A stretch of 64,000 bases of DNA from a virus. Its lineage: Duplodnaviria > Caudoviricetes. Both the position numbers and the translations under genes were made by a program. This document shows positions 50,778 through 60,559 of the stretch, in pieces (position 1 is the stretch's first letter; each line of letters begins with the position of its first letter). Below the pieces are notes generated by a model. That model made no database searches. It saw only the letters and a list, made by a program, of their open reading frames with translations, and was not told where the DNA came from. Location of the stretch: positions 33,400-97,399 of IMG/VR virus record IMGVR_UViG_2576861683_000003; one strand, given 5' to 3'.

Positions 50778-51299
50778 CTACTCAGCATCTTTTTCTTTAG
50801 TTAAACAATAACGCAAATTTTGTCTAATCGCTTCAATTGACCAGATCCAAAAAGCGGTTCCGACAAACTCAGAAACTAATGCTTGATAACCTGCTGTCCA
50901 AAGCCAGCTAGATAGCCCTAATAAAGGTACAACTAAACCATGAGCAAAAACAGAAACACCAATACCAAAACAAATACCGTGTAATAATTTAACCTTTGGT
51001 AAGTATTCAGCAATAACACAATATATCACAGCGATAACTATTGAGAATAATATATGAACACCATTACCGCCCCAATTAATACTATACCCCATCCAATGAT
51101 AAGTCATAGTATCTATATTTAATCCGAGTTTTTCTAATAAGACGACTGGAGGTGGTGTCGTTTCAAGTGTTCTCGGTGGAATTAGGTCTTCAAAACCAGA
51201 TTTTACTAAAGCTGAAAAGATACCCGCTATAATACCAACGTATATTGCTATACTAATATGCCTAGAACTTTTTTTCGTTAATTTAAACAAATCAATCAT
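50778..51299 (-). CDS. yagU: YagU/DUF1440-family inner membrane protein
   Basis: GIIAGIFSALVKSG.E...PPRT, INWGG..VHILFS, AEYLPKVKL. Confidence 0.8.
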   Translation of the reverse strand: MIDLFKLTKKSSRHISIAIYVGIIAGIFSALVKSGFEDLIPPRTLETTPPPVVLLEKLGLNIDTMTYHWMGYSINWGGNGVHILFSIVIAVIYCVIAEYLPKVKLLHGICFGIGVSVFAHGLVVPLLGLSSWLWTAGYQALVSEFVGTAFWIWSIEAIRQNLRYCLTKEKDAE

Positions 51300-51500
51300 T
51301 ATATATACTCGCTCTATAAATTGAATATTATGAGTATAGTAGAGATAAGAATACCTGTTTATTATTTTAATTATTAGTTAAATACTGCAGATTTATTCTT
51401 ATAGGATAACAATAAATTTCATCTTAAATATAAACAAACAATCAATGAAAACAAAAAACTTCCAAAAAATTTTTTAATTAATAATTAAAAATATATATTA

Positions 51501-51590
51501 AAAAAACAAAACCCCGCAAAAAGCGAGGCTCATAAGCTAATTGACCTTGATGTCACTCTTATCACAATATCATCATTTTTACGTACGTAA
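51501..51590 (-). promoter_or_regulatory. Late promoter pR'/qut and terminator tR'
   Basis: Just after Q: TTTACG-N16-TATTGT then GCCTCGC-TTTTT-GCGGGGTTTT. Confidence 0.6.
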
Positions 51591-51595
51591 AGTTT

Positions 51596-51979
51596 TTATA
51601 TGATTTTTTCCACGTATCGATCCATCTCTAATGGAACATCTAGCATCATTAACATACCTTCTATTATTCCCTCTGCCTTTTGTAATTTTTTACCTATATG
51701 CCCATCAGAACAACTGTGCTTGTTAGCAAGTTGCATAAATGTCATTCCGAATAAATAGTAATCAAGCAATAGGTCATGCATATCACTATTCTTTTTATTC
51801 AATTGCGCCATACAACTAGAAATAATTATTGCATCGTCTTCACAACATTGAGGACGTGCTTTAACTTTACTTGGTATTAATCCACTAAATCCCGCAGCAA
51901 CCGAATACCATTGGACCGACTCAGTATTATCTGCCGACCATGCTCCCCAGCGTGATAAAACTTCCTGTATATCTCTCAT
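51596..51979 (-). CDS. Late antiterminator Q
   Basis: [29 protein letters not shown]. Confidence 0.88.
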   Translation of the reverse strand: MRDIQEVLSRWGAWSADNTESVQWYSVAAGFSGLIPSKVKARPQCCEDDAIIISSCMAQLNKKNSDMHDLLLDYYLFGMTFMQLANKHSCSDGHIGKKLQKAEGIIEGMLMMLDVPLEMDRYVEKII

Positions 51980-52007
51980 GCCTAATACTCCTCGTGCCGT
52001 ACACACG

Positions 52008-53033
52008 TTAAATAAATGCACCGATGCCTAATGAACGGTTTAAAAAATGAAATAACAATTCGAGTTGATTGCCGTGAGTGGCTTCCCATTGTTTTGGGTC
52101 ACGGTGTAACTCGTCATGGTGAATGCGACACAATGGAATAGTAAATAAGTCGTGAGCTTTCGTTCCCATTCCTCCCATGCCATGACCTATGATGTGGTGC
52201 GGATCATCAGCCTGTTGTCCGCAGATACAACAAGATTGAGTTTTTACCCATTGAAGCCACTTGGTATTTTGCCAACGTTGCATTTTAGGTTTAAGAAGAA
52301 ATGACGCTGGTGGCTCTGGATCTATAACAACTTTAATAACCGGCTTTATCGCATCTAGACGCGCATTCATTGCGGATAGTGCCGTTACGTTACTTGGAAT
52401 AATGTCAGATTCAGGAAAACCGCCGTGAACTCTGCGTTCTTCTTGTTTATCTGACCAATTTAAAATCTGGCGCAATATCGCTTCGGGTAATTCATCAACC
52501 AAGTTATGCATTACTGCAAATGAGAAAAAATCAGGTATTGTCAGCTGGTGGCCACTATCTAATCTCAAACGACTACGGATAGTATCCAGCATCCAATTGA
52601 TACGATTTTTATGAGCCAATTCAGCAACCCACCCAGCAGATGAATTGCGAATATGATTATCATGATGCCAACAGGTGCGGATCACACCAGCCTCGTGAAA
52701 TGTCGTCACTAATTCATGGTGATGGTAATTATCTTCATCGTTATCAATCTGGCAGCACTTGATATTACGAATAACCCACGAGTCCATCGGCGCCACTTTA
52801 TCGACAGTGTGGATCACTTTTTTACTATTGAGAAATTGGACGATGTGCTTATTGTTTAAAATAGGCTGTTCATCACCCGTTAATGCGCCTGAGGGCAACA
52901 CATCTAAACTTTTAGGCACATCACTAATAATCACACGGTGGTGCTTTTTAAATTGCTCGAGTAATTCAGCGCCTGGTTTAAGTAATACAACGCCCAGTTC
53001 ACGTTGAATGTAGGGAGTTAACAGTAATTTCAT
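52008..53033 (-). CDS. DUF968-family phage protein
   Basis: [41 protein letters not shown]. Confidence 0.85.
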   Translation of the reverse strand: MKLLLTPYIQRELGVVLLKPGAELLEQFKKHHRVIISDVPKSLDVLPSGALTGDEQPILNNKHIVQFLNSKKVIHTVDKVAPMDSWVIRNIKCCQIDNDEDNYHHHELVTTFHEAGVIRTCWHHDNHIRNSSAGWVAELAHKNRINWMLDTIRSRLRLDSGHQLTIPDFFSFAVMHNLVDELPEAILRQILNWSDKQEERRVHGGFPESDIIPSNVTALSAMNARLDAIKPVIKVVIDPEPPASFLLKPKMQRWQNTKWLQWVKTQSCCICGQQADDPHHIIGHGMGGMGTKAHDLFTIPLCRIHHDELHRDPKQWEATHGNQLELLFHFLNRSLGIGAFI

Positions 53034-53740
53034 TAGATGATATCCCCTACTTTATATTCAGCCCATAGCCCTGCGATCCACTTCACGCCTTTAGCGGTAA
53101 ATCGTGATTGTGCAAAGGCATGATTATTAGTTTGGTTAGTACCCGTCTTTATCTCAAAGCGACCAAGATCGACATGAGTTTGATAAGGCGTAAAGGTATT
53201 ATTCAGGCGATACATGATTTTCTTATCTATTAGAAAACAGCGAAAATCCGTTTCTTTCACCTGCAGTAATTTGCACACTTGGCGAAACGTCATAGAACCC
53301 GTGGATAAAACATAATTATCAACAAACTGAGCCTTAGGTGTCGCAATCGCCAATTCACTTTCCAGCTTTTGTTTTTCTTCTGCTAAGTCTGCAGCTAATC
53401 GCAATGCCTCTGGTAATGTTTGAGGAATGAGAGGTTGCATTTTTGACTCTAATTCCTGCCAGCGATCGACAATTTTCGCTGTGAACTGAGGTGATAATCG
53501 AGCCACCAGCACTAAGGAGTCTCTTTTATTAAAACGATATTCAGTATATTGATTGCCGTTATGCTCAAAAGGGAACTCAGCCAATGGCTGGGTTAAAATT
53601 CGAGCAACAAACAGCCTATCTGCAGAACGTTTAACATCTGAGTGATTACTTCCCGTTAAACTAGCAATCTCTCTGCTAGACATGGTTAATTCGCGATTCA
53701 TTGCGGGTAATGCTGAAACTTCCATTGTTCTTTGCATCAT
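53033..53740 (-). CDS. Antirepressor (Rha-like N-terminus + KilA-C/ANT)
   Basis: MSSREIA, IVDRWQELE, PQTLPEALRLAADL, FTAKGVKWI. Confidence 0.85.
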   Translation of the reverse strand: MMQRTMEVSALPAMNRELTMSSREIASLTGSNHSDVKRSADRLFVARILTQPLAEFPFEHNGNQYTEYRFNKRDSLVLVARLSPQFTAKIVDRWQELESKMQPLIPQTLPEALRLAADLAEEKQKLESELAIATPKAQFVDNYVLSTGSMTFRQVCKLLQVKETDFRCFLIDKKIMYRLNNTFTPYQTHVDLGRFEIKTGTNQTNNHAFAQSRFTAKGVKWIAGLWAEYKVGDII

Positions 53741-53757
53741 GCTATTTCTCTCCACTT

Positions 53758-54141
53758 TTACTCGTGACCGTACATCACGTTATTAAATGAGCGGATAGTG
53801 ATTTCTAACTTTCCCCCCTTTACGACTTCCATCAGCATCACATCCATGTGCTTCACTTGCTGATCATCTTCCCAAACACCCGCGTGTGTTAATGCATCAA
53901 ACGGGGCTTTTAAAAAGTTATCGATGTCTCTACGCTGTTTTGTTGGTGGATATAAGCGAACCAAGACAGAGACATTTTCTTTAATCGCTTTAGGTTTTCT
54001 CTTTAACTGCTCATACACAGAAGCAATGGTGCTAATTCGAAACTTACGCCCTTTTTCACTGATCAGCGTTCTACCTTTAATGTTTCGCCAATACGAGTTA
54101 ACACTAGGTGGAAATGGCAACGTAAGCATGAGTTCAGGCAT
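53758..54141 (-). CDS. rusA: RusA Holliday junction resolvase
   Basis: LPFPPSVNSYWR, RRDIDNFLKAPFDAL, DDQQV. Confidence 0.92.
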   Translation of the reverse strand: MPELMLTLPFPPSVNSYWRNIKGRTLISEKGRKFRISTIASVYEQLKRKPKAIKENVSVLVRLYPPTKQRRDIDNFLKAPFDALTHAGVWEDDQQVKHMDVMLMEVVKGGKLEITIRSFNNVMYGHE

Positions 54142-54214
54142 AAGTCCCCCATAAGCCAATTAGTAATGTCACTACAAACCAAAAACCTATAAACAGCGCG
54201 TATTTAGTTAGCAT
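54134..54214 (-). CDS. 26-aa hydrophobic peptide
   Basis: MLTKYALFIGFWFVVTLLIGLWGTYA; AGGAG RBS; overlaps both neighbours. Confidence 0.5.
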   Translation of the reverse strand: MLTKYALFIGFWFVVTLLIGLWGTYA

Positions 54215-54374
54215 CGTTTACACTCCTTTTATCCCAAGCTTTCAGAGCTTCATCCGCATTATTAGCAATAGGGCCTCTTGCTCCACATTTCTGACAGCGA
54301 GTGAATGTATTGATCATCACTTGCATGACTTCTAGTTTTTTAGAGTTACAGAATGGACAGCTTTTATTGTTCAT
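54204..54374 (-). CDS. Lar-family restriction alleviation zinc-ribbon protein
   Basis: Hand translation MNNKSCPFCNS...RCQKCGARGP...EALKAWDKRS. Confidence 0.75.
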   Translation of the reverse strand: MNNKSCPFCNSKKLEVMQVMINTFTRCQKCGARGPIANNADEALKAWDKRSVNDAN

Positions 54375-54766
54375 TAGTGATTACTCCTTACTGCTCTGAC
54401 TAACGAATCGTAGGGCTCAGTTGGTAATTTCCCCATATGTGCAAAATTAGAGGTGGCGTGTTTTACCCATATGATTGTTGGAATACCTCGTTTTTTTGCT
54501 TTCTGAGCATTTAGCTTTTCGAGGTAGACGGATTCTCCTGACTTACGCTCCTCTATCATTGCGTTATGAACTTTTTTAGCCTCATTCATCACTTGATAGT
54601 AAAGCGGGTAATTTTCACTAACTCTGGTTAATGCACCGAGACTATGGAGATGAGCAAGTGCACGAGAGGCACCACCTAAAGTGGTTTCTAAATCACGAGT
54701 AATAATGTCGCGATCTACTACTTCACCGACTTTGTACAACGCTAAAATTTGCTCTGTGATTTTCAT
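54374..54766 (-). CDS. Hypothetical wHTH-like phage protein
   Basis: Coupled ORF in replication operon. Confidence 0.6.
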   Translation of the reverse strand: MKITEQILALYKVGEVVDRDIITRDLETTLGGASRALAHLHSLGALTRVSENYPLYYQVMNEAKKVHNAMIEERKSGESVYLEKLNAQKAKKRGIPTIIWVKHATSNFAHMGKLPTEPYDSLVRAVRSNH

Positions 54767-55401
54767 GCGACACCTCTCGATACAAGCCATTTCGCTTGTT
54801 CAATAAATGTTTTGCCGATCTGCTCTAGCTCACTACGTTGAATGTAATCAATGGCTTTACCATTCCACGTTTTATCAAAAACCACGATAGCACCAGCAAA
54901 AAACGCCCCTGTTGGTACTTGGGTTTCATCTGCAGGAACAAACCATACGGGAACATCAAAACCAACACGACCGCGAATAAAACAAATATGATCCGCTTCT
55001 TCACACCACCATGTTTCGCTTGTGGCAACTTTCAACAAGAAAACATAGCGCCCGCCTTTTTCACGCATCGCTAACGCATGATTCATAATGTGGCGAACAC
55101 CAGTAACAGCTTGTTTTTCATGATATGAACTACGTGAATAGGGTGGATTAGCGAAAGCTGCACCGCCAATTTCTTTCAGTTTTTCTGACCAGTCTTGAGT
55201 GAGCGCATTATCCTCAACGGTGTAAAAATTTTGGCATTTGCTGTTTTGTGCATCGGTAAAGAGATCTAGCGTGAAAGGTCCATAGAGCGAATTGATACCC
55301 CAATACAGATTTTCAGGTGTTCGCCACTGATCGCCTATTTCTTTTAATTTATGAGCAGATTGGCTTTTTAATGCCTGTAATTTCAGTGCGTAATCAATCA
55401 T
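54763..55401 (-). CDS. Phage N6-adenine methyltransferase (Dam family)
   Basis: DQWRTP, FTLDLF, FANPPYS, GRVGF. Confidence 0.88.
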   Translation of the reverse strand: MIDYALKLQALKSQSAHKLKEIGDQWRTPENLYWGINSLYGPFTLDLFTDAQNSKCQNFYTVEDNALTQDWSEKLKEIGGAAFANPPYSRSSYHEKQAVTGVRHIMNHALAMREKGGRYVFLLKVATSETWWCEEADHICFIRGRVGFDVPVWFVPADETQVPTGAFFAGAIVVFDKTWNGKAIDYIQRSELEQIGKTFIEQAKWLVSRGVA

Positions 55402-56492
55402 TGCTGAACCTCCTGTGACATTTCAGTCGCCTGCTTCCAAATACTGTTCCATGCTTGGCGACCAGAAAACTCACTCATACGACGAATGCCTGTTTTACCC
55501 GCTAATTCAAGTGCAATCTCTTCAATACGGTTTTGAGGTTTAGAACGAGAACCAATCAAGCGTGAGAATGCGCTGTCACGTTCAACGGTATCAACTTGAA
55601 CCTTTGGCTCATCCTTTGGCTTTTGGCTACGAACAATCAGCTCATCAAAGTGTTTACGTAATTTACGGGGACTTAAAATGTTTTGGTGCCAGAATGAATC
55701 TTTGTTGGCCCAATCGAACAAGGCACAAATTTGCTCATGGGTACGTCCATCGATTTGACGCATCAAACGAATATCGTTCGCCCAATCATACCAAGTAGGC
55801 TCTAGCGCGGATGGATTCAGTTTTTTAACACGGCCAAACATCCATTTTGCCGTTTTCAAATCACCTTCATCACCCCATTTCTGGAAATTAGTGCTGTAAA
55901 TCACGGCTTCTGGATAGCGAGTTAAAAAATCATTTTTCGGCTGGTCGCTGGATTCGCCAGAATTCTGCGACGAATGATCTGTTTCTGTTGTACTCTCTGA
56001 AGTAATCTCTGTTGTATTCTCTGTAAGAACAGGCCATTTTGACCCGTTCAGAACAGCGCATTTTGAACTGTTTGAAGGTTTCAATTTGCGCTTATCGATA
56101 AGGTCATTTTGAACTATTCGATTAGATGAATTATCATCGTTCGACTGGGTCATATTGACCTCATCGGTCAGCAAGTGGTGATCGTAGTTAATCGCATAAT
56201 AATTAGTACGGTCATGGTTCGATTTATTGATTTGCTCTATGCGTAAAACGCCCTGCTTTTTCAAATTGGTAAAAGCACGTTTAATCGTTGATTCAGAGAA
56301 AAAAGGAAATTGATTCTTCCACTCTTCGACGGTGTTATAAATCCAGCGTGATCCGTCATATTCAACACCTGAAGTAGTTTCAGTTAGCCAATATTGAATT
56401 TGCTGTAACAGCATCGCCTCATTTAAACCAAGACGTACCGCTAATTCAGGAATAACGACTAAAGGGCGACTTTTTAGTAATAATAAACTCAT
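55398..56492 (-). CDS. Phage replication initiation protein
   Basis: N-terminal HTH region, internal iterons, FWHQNILSPRKLRKHFD. Confidence 0.85.
   Translation of the reverse strand: MSLLLLKSRPLVVIPELAVRLGLNEAMLLQQIQYWLTETTSGVEYDGSRWIYNTVEEWKNQFPFFSESTIKRAFTNLKKQGVLRIEQINKSNHDRTNYYAINYDHHLLTDEVNMTQSNDDNSSNRIVQNDLIDKRKLKPSNSSKCAVLNGSKWPVLTENTTEITSESTTETDHSSQNSGESSDQPKNDFLTRYPEAVIYSTNFQKWGDEGDLKTAKWMFGRVKKLNPSALEPTWYDWANDIRLMRQIDGRTHEQICALFDWANKDSFWHQNILSPRKLRKHFDELIVRSQKPKDEPKVQVDTVERDSAFSRLIGSRSKPQNRIEEIALELAGKTGIRRMSEFSGRQAWNSIWKQATEMSQEVQQ
56034..56170. repeat. Iterons of the phage origin
   Basis: About five copies of CA(T/A)(T/A)TTGA(A/C)C-like motif, the first four at 22-23 bp spacing, inside the rep gene. 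Confidence 0.7.
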
Positions 56493-56504
56493 CTTGCCAC
56501 CTCA

Positions 56505-56684
56505 TTACTTAATACGTGTGTACATCTCTTTAAAACGCTGTACAGGTTCACACTGTGGGTCGTCACAACCATCAAGCATAAAAATAACGCGCTGTTTTTC
56601 TCTGTCATAACGAACAACATGAACAACAATACCCCTGTGATTTTTGTAGTAGCGATCAAGTTGGTTTGGGTTCTCATTGTTCAT
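56505..56684 (-). CDS. DUF4222-like small protein
   Basis: Hand translation MNNENPNQLDRYYKNHRGIVVHVVRYDREKQRVIFMLDGCDDPQCEPVQRFKEMYTRIK. Confidence 0.75.
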   Translation of the reverse strand: MNNENPNQLDRYYKNHRGIVVHVVRYDREKQRVIFMLDGCDDPQCEPVQRFKEMYTRIK

Positions 56685-56853
56685 TGCCCGCCCTTAATCC
56701 ACGATTCAAATTGAAATCATCTACCAGCCAACGCATAAACTGGTAGTTTGTTTCTTCATAGCCTTCTGGTACTTTAATTTCATAGACAAAACGACCATCA
56801 CGCATTGAAGCCCGTACTTGCGTACGGCATGCTAAGTTTGATAATCTACTCAT
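56674..56853 (-). CDS. Hypothetical 59-aa phage protein
   Basis: MSRLSNLACRTQVRAS...RAGNEQ; preceded by TGTGTGAAGAGAA; overlaps next gene. Confidence 0.5.
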   Translation of the reverse strand: MSRLSNLACRTQVRASMRDGRFVYEIKVPEGYEETNYQFMRWLVDDFNLNRGLRAGNEQ

Positions 56854-56938
56854 GCTAATTTCTCTTCACACAATTGAAATTTGCAAACCGAAGCCAGCGA
56901 CCGTACATCGTTGGCTTCACCCTTTCTAAAGCCCATCA

Positions 56939-57397
56939 TTATTTTTTCTTCCTATGTAATGAGATAAATGCATTAACAAATGCACGACCACTTGCTATTA
57001 CGCGATCTAGCATTACGTTAAGTTGTTTTTCTTCTTCACTATCAACAACGCCATCTTCTAAGCTTTTTTCTAAAAAAATTGCCAGCTCGCCTTGTTTTGA
57101 GCCAACTTTGTTGTGTAGACGAAATAATTCAGGCTCATCTATCTCGTCGGGTTTAATACGTTCCACCAGCAACATCCGGCTTTCTCTTGCAATAAATTCA
57201 GCGAACAAAACAGTTTTAGAAATATCTTGCATTGCTAATAACTCGTTTAAATCAAATGAACGACAGCCGTTTTTTTCATACAACTTGTTGTTGAATGAAG
57301 TTAACGACATACCCAAAGCGCCCGCCATTGCCTCACGACCGCCTTGTACTTCGTCACACATTTCTTTAACTATCTGTTTTATTGATTTGTTACTCAT
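56939..57397 (-). CDS. YmfL-family regulatory protein (cII position)
   Basis: GGREAMAGALGMSLTSFNNKLYEKNGCRSF. Confidence 0.85.
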   Translation of the reverse strand: MSNKSIKQIVKEMCDEVQGGREAMAGALGMSLTSFNNKLYEKNGCRSFDLNELLAMQDISKTVLFAEFIARESRMLLVERIKPDEIDEPELFRLHNKVGSKQGELAIFLEKSLEDGVVDSEEEKQLNVMLDRVIASGRAFVNAFISLHRKKK

Positions 57398-57435
57398 TTC
57401 CTACCCTTAATCGTGATTTTTTGTAGTTAACTGCT

Positions 57436-57663
57436 TTAAACGGTTTTGTTATTTTGTTGTTGATAACGATGTGGGTATAAGATCTCTAATTCAGTTATTT
57501 TCCCACGATAAAAAGCTGTTAATTTTTCAGCCAGTTCCAAAGAAGCTGTTTGAATACCTCTTTCTAATCGTGAAAGATTTCCTACATCACAATTAATGGC
57601 ATTAGCCACTTCTGAAATTGTTAGATTTAGTTCTACCCGAACTTTCCTTAATGGTGTTTGCAT
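57436..57663 (-). CDS. Cro-like HTH protein
   Basis: Divergent from cI; DVGNLSRLERG helix nearly identical to cI DVGNISRLER. Confidence 0.88.
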   Translation of the reverse strand: MQTPLRKVRVELNLTISEVANAINCDVGNLSRLERGIQTASLELAEKLTAFYRGKITELEILYPHRYQQQNNKTV

Positions 57664-57676
57664 AGAGCCCCCTTAA

Positions 57677-57738
57677 ATGCGTTATACGCATATTACCACA
57701 CAGATAAATATGCGCAATACGCTTTGTGTTGTACGCAT
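57677..57738. promoter_or_regulatory. OR operators (three 15-bp sites)
   Basis: ATGCGTTATACGCAT (57677-57691), ATGCGCAATACGCTT (57710-57724), TTGTGTTGTACGCAT (57724-57738). Confidence 0.75.
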
Positions 57739-57758
57739 AAATAAAGTTGAATTGAGGT

Positions 57759-58415
57759 ATGAAAATAGGAACAAGAATTAGAGAGTTGAGAAAGAAAAAA
57801 GGATTAACAATCCTTCAGTTGGCCACCGCTATTAATAGTGATGTGGGCAATATTTCTCGCCTTGAAAGAAATATACAAGGCTATACAGAAAACACTTTAG
57901 TAAAGATAGCAGAAGCACTGGGAGTATCTGTTGCAGATTTATTTACTGAAAATGCACCAGAGCCAGATGAAATCAAATTTATAGGAAAAGTGCCGTCAGG
58001 AATGGTTCAAGTACGTGGTGAGGCGTTCTTAGGTGTTGATGGTGCTGTTGATATGATTGAGGCTCACAATGGATGGCTGAAGATATACAGCGACGACGTT
58101 GATGCATACGGACTGAAGGTTAAAGGCGATAGTATGTGGCCTCGTATTCAATCTGGTGAGTACGTTGTCGTTGAGCCAAACACAGCTGTCCGCTCTGGTG
58201 ATGAGGTTTTTGTTCGCACTGTTGAAGGTCACAACATGATTAAGATATTCAACAAGACTCGTGATGGTGATTATCAATTTACTAGCATCAATAACTCACA
58301 CAAGCCAATAACATTACCACCTGATCAGGTTGAGTCAATGCACTATGTGTCAGCTATTGTTAAGCCAATTAAATATATAGACGTATGTGAAAAAACAGGT
58401 AGAGCTTTGTTTTAA
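57759..58415 (+). CDS. CI repressor (HTH + S24)
   Basis: HTH; VKGDSMWPRI Ser and MIK Lys. Confidence 0.9.
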   Translation: MKIGTRIRELRKKKGLTILQLATAINSDVGNISRLERNIQGYTENTLVKIAEALGVSVADLFTENAPEPDEIKFIGKVPSGMVQVRGEAFLGVDGAVDMIEAHNGWLKIYSDDVDAYGLKVKGDSMWPRIQSGEYVVVEPNTAVRSGDEVFVRTVEGHNMIKIFNKTRDGDYQFTSINNSHKPITLPPDQVESMHYVSAIVKPIKYIDVCEKTGRALF

Positions 58416-58465
58416 TGGCCTGACGATACGTTTTAGGGTTTAGTAATAAAAAACAACATGAGGAT

Positions 58466-59233
58466 ATGGTGGTGATAAGAGTTGGCAGACTACATCCCGG
58501 TGGGGAGCATATAGGAGAGGGACAACACAACCCAATAAAAGGAATTGCATCATTTCAAATAGGTGATGACATAGAGGAACTTGTTGTATTTGCTAAAAAA
58601 TTATCAGATAGAGAAATGTCTATTGAGATTATTTGTGCAACTTTAGGTAGAAAAATTGGATTATCAATACCAGAGCCTGTTATTTTGTTTGATGAAGATG
58701 AAAAGCTATTTTTTGGGAGTGTAGATGCTGAATATCCAAGTCTTGCACATTATATAAAAGATACTAAGGATCCCTCTGTTGAACGTAAACTATCAACATG
58801 GAATGGGTTAAATAATGCAGCATTCTTTGATGAATGGATAGCCATGGATGATAGAAGTAATGGAAACCTATTATTCGATGGAGAAGAGTTTATTCTCATA
58901 GATCATGAATCAGCTATTCCATCAGGATTGCAATCAGACCAATCAGGAATTGATTTTTACTGCAACCAATTACTCGACATATTGTTAGGCGAATTAGATA
59001 GAAATAATGAATTAGAAGTTCAAAAATTAGCTAATGATGCTAGAGCCTGGTCACACAAAAACTCTGACGGACCGACTAGTTATACTGATAGTTTTTTATC
59101 AAAAACAATTGCAGAAAAAAATAGAAATCAACTGATGTCTTTTTTATCATCTCGTATAGAAATGTTAGGTACCATGCTTTATCATCAAATAAAGCCAAAT
59201 CAGATACAGATGCAATACGATGCTAAATCTTAA
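58466..59233 (+). CDS. HipA-like Ser/Thr kinase
   Basis: Gly loop GEGQHNP, FAKK, EIIC, FDEWIAMDDRSNGNLL, LIDH. Confidence 0.85.
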   Translation: MVVIRVGRLHPGGEHIGEGQHNPIKGIASFQIGDDIEELVVFAKKLSDREMSIEIICATLGRKIGLSIPEPVILFDEDEKLFFGSVDAEYPSLAHYIKDTKDPSVERKLSTWNGLNNAAFFDEWIAMDDRSNGNLLFDGEEFILIDHESAIPSGLQSDQSGIDFYCNQLLDILLGELDRNNELEVQKLANDARAWSHKNSDGPTSYTDSFLSKTIAEKNRNQLMSFLSSRIEMLGTMLYHQIKPNQIQMQYDAKS

Positions 59234-60101
59234 TGAACTATTAAACACAGCACCCAAAACACCTGCACTTACTGGTGAATGGGTATCAGTGTATCTAGAA
59301 CCAATGATTGGCTCTGGAGAAAGGCTTACGATTGCAGTTGCAGCACAATGTACAAACAGACTTATTGATGTAAGACCTGCTATACGGCAAGAGGTTATCG
59401 ATGTCATGTTCGGCCATCGTAGTAAAGCGTTTAACTCTATGATTGAAGTTATAGCAACGAGCCTTAAGCTACATATAGAAAATACTGGCTCATTTCATAC
59501 TTGGGTTCCACCTATTGGCGGAGTAACATTAGGAAGAGTAAAAAAAGCCGCTTCTAAAGACTTGATTGGTATATTAAGACAGGCAATAACATTATCGTCT
59601 AGCCTCTCAACTATGTTAGATGATAGGTCTAATCTTAATTCCGTAAAAAAACAAAATAAAACAGAAAAAGATAGATGGACCACTCAGTTACAACAAGCTG
59701 TGATAGAGTCTGACACAAAAAGACAGGGCTATTTTAATGCTAAGTATGATTTCAAAAATAAGCGAATGGCCGCATCCGTATTTTATTTGAGTGAACATGC
59801 AGCAATCAATACTGGCAAGCTATTGCCTAGTTCATTGAGTAATTTAGTCGCACACAGCAAAGCTAAAATAGCAGATCTGTCATTAATAAAAAGCCACCCA
59901 GACTTATTACATAGAGATACTCACGAATTTATTTTGTTCAAGCCTAACGATGACGATCCTCGTTATAATGACAATGAAATTGCTAAAGTAAATAGTGCAT
60001 TTCTTATCCTTAAAGATTTAGCCGAAAAAGATGAAATAATACTGACTGCTGTTACAGATGTTCAAGAAGGCGCAAACCGCATACTAAGAACAGCAGCATA
60101 A
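59220..60101 (+). CDS. Kinase partner, DUF3037-like N-terminus
   Basis: VYLEPMIGSGERLTIAV resembles DUF3037 as recalled; 14-nt overlap with kinase. Confidence 0.55.
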   Translation: MLNLNELLNTAPKTPALTGEWVSVYLEPMIGSGERLTIAVAAQCTNRLIDVRPAIRQEVIDVMFGHRSKAFNSMIEVIATSLKLHIENTGSFHTWVPPIGGVTLGRVKKAASKDLIGILRQAITLSSSLSTMLDDRSNLNSVKKQNKTEKDRWTTQLQQAVIESDTKRQGYFNAKYDFKNKRMAASVFYLSEHAAINTGKLLPSSLSNLVAHSKAKIADLSLIKSHPDLLHRDTHEFILFKPNDDDPRYNDNEIAKVNSAFLILKDLAEKDEIILTAVTDVQEGANRILRTAA

Positions 60102-60106
60102 CTACT

Positions 60107-60133
60107 CCAGCCCTCCCCTCGAGGGCTTTTTTG
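60107..60133 (+). terminator. Terminator of cI-kinase operon
   Basis: AGCCCTC-CCCTC-GAGGGCT-TTTTT. Confidence 0.8.
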
Positions 60134-60245
60134 TACCCTCTCCCCATCAAAGAAGTGAGCTGTATTCCAACCTAAGATTTTTCAAAAGCATAAACAAAAA
60201 ATCAAACGGATAAAATCCGCCTTTAAGTTTTGGTAGAAATTAAAT

Positions 60246-60280
60246 ATGCGCTTGACGCATTTGTGTAATATGCATATACT
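60246..60280 (+). promoter_or_regulatory. PL promoter with OL operators
   Basis: TTGACG-N17-TATACT overlapped by ATGCGCTTGACGCAT and TTGTGTAATATGCAT, matching the OR sites. Confidence 0.8.
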
Positions 60281-60336
60281 GGCTTTATCAGATAATGATT
60301 GTTCGATAAAAAATGTATTCAGCTGTAGGAGCCGCC

Positions 60337-60540
60337 ATGACAACTGAACCAACAATCATACCGCCAGCTAATTTCACTGATGCAGATGTTGTTGATTGGA
60401 TGGAAGAGAAACTATCGTCTATCAAAGTCCTCGGTGAGTTAAACGCAAGACGTGAAGAGCTGGTGGATAAACTAGCAAAACTGGATGCTGAAATAGACGA
60501 GTGCAGAATCAAAAGTGCTATTCAGATACAAAGTGAATAA
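60337..60540 (+). CDS. First PL-operon gene, small coiled-coil protein
   Basis: AGGAG RBS; MTTEPTIIPP... Confidence 0.65.
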   Translation: MTTEPTIIPPANFTDADVVDWMEEKLSSIKVLGELNARREELVDKLAKLDAEIDECRIKSAIQIQSE

Positions 60541-60559
60541 TTTTTATGTGTGAAGAGAA

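Noticed and set aside
56034-56170. CRISPR-like array
   Set aside because: Short degenerate repeats without spacers inside the rep gene are iterons; no cas genes in the window
56489-56677. ORF-track 62-aa ORF
   Set aside because: The overlapping frame 56505-56684 gives a recognisable DUF4222-like protein instead
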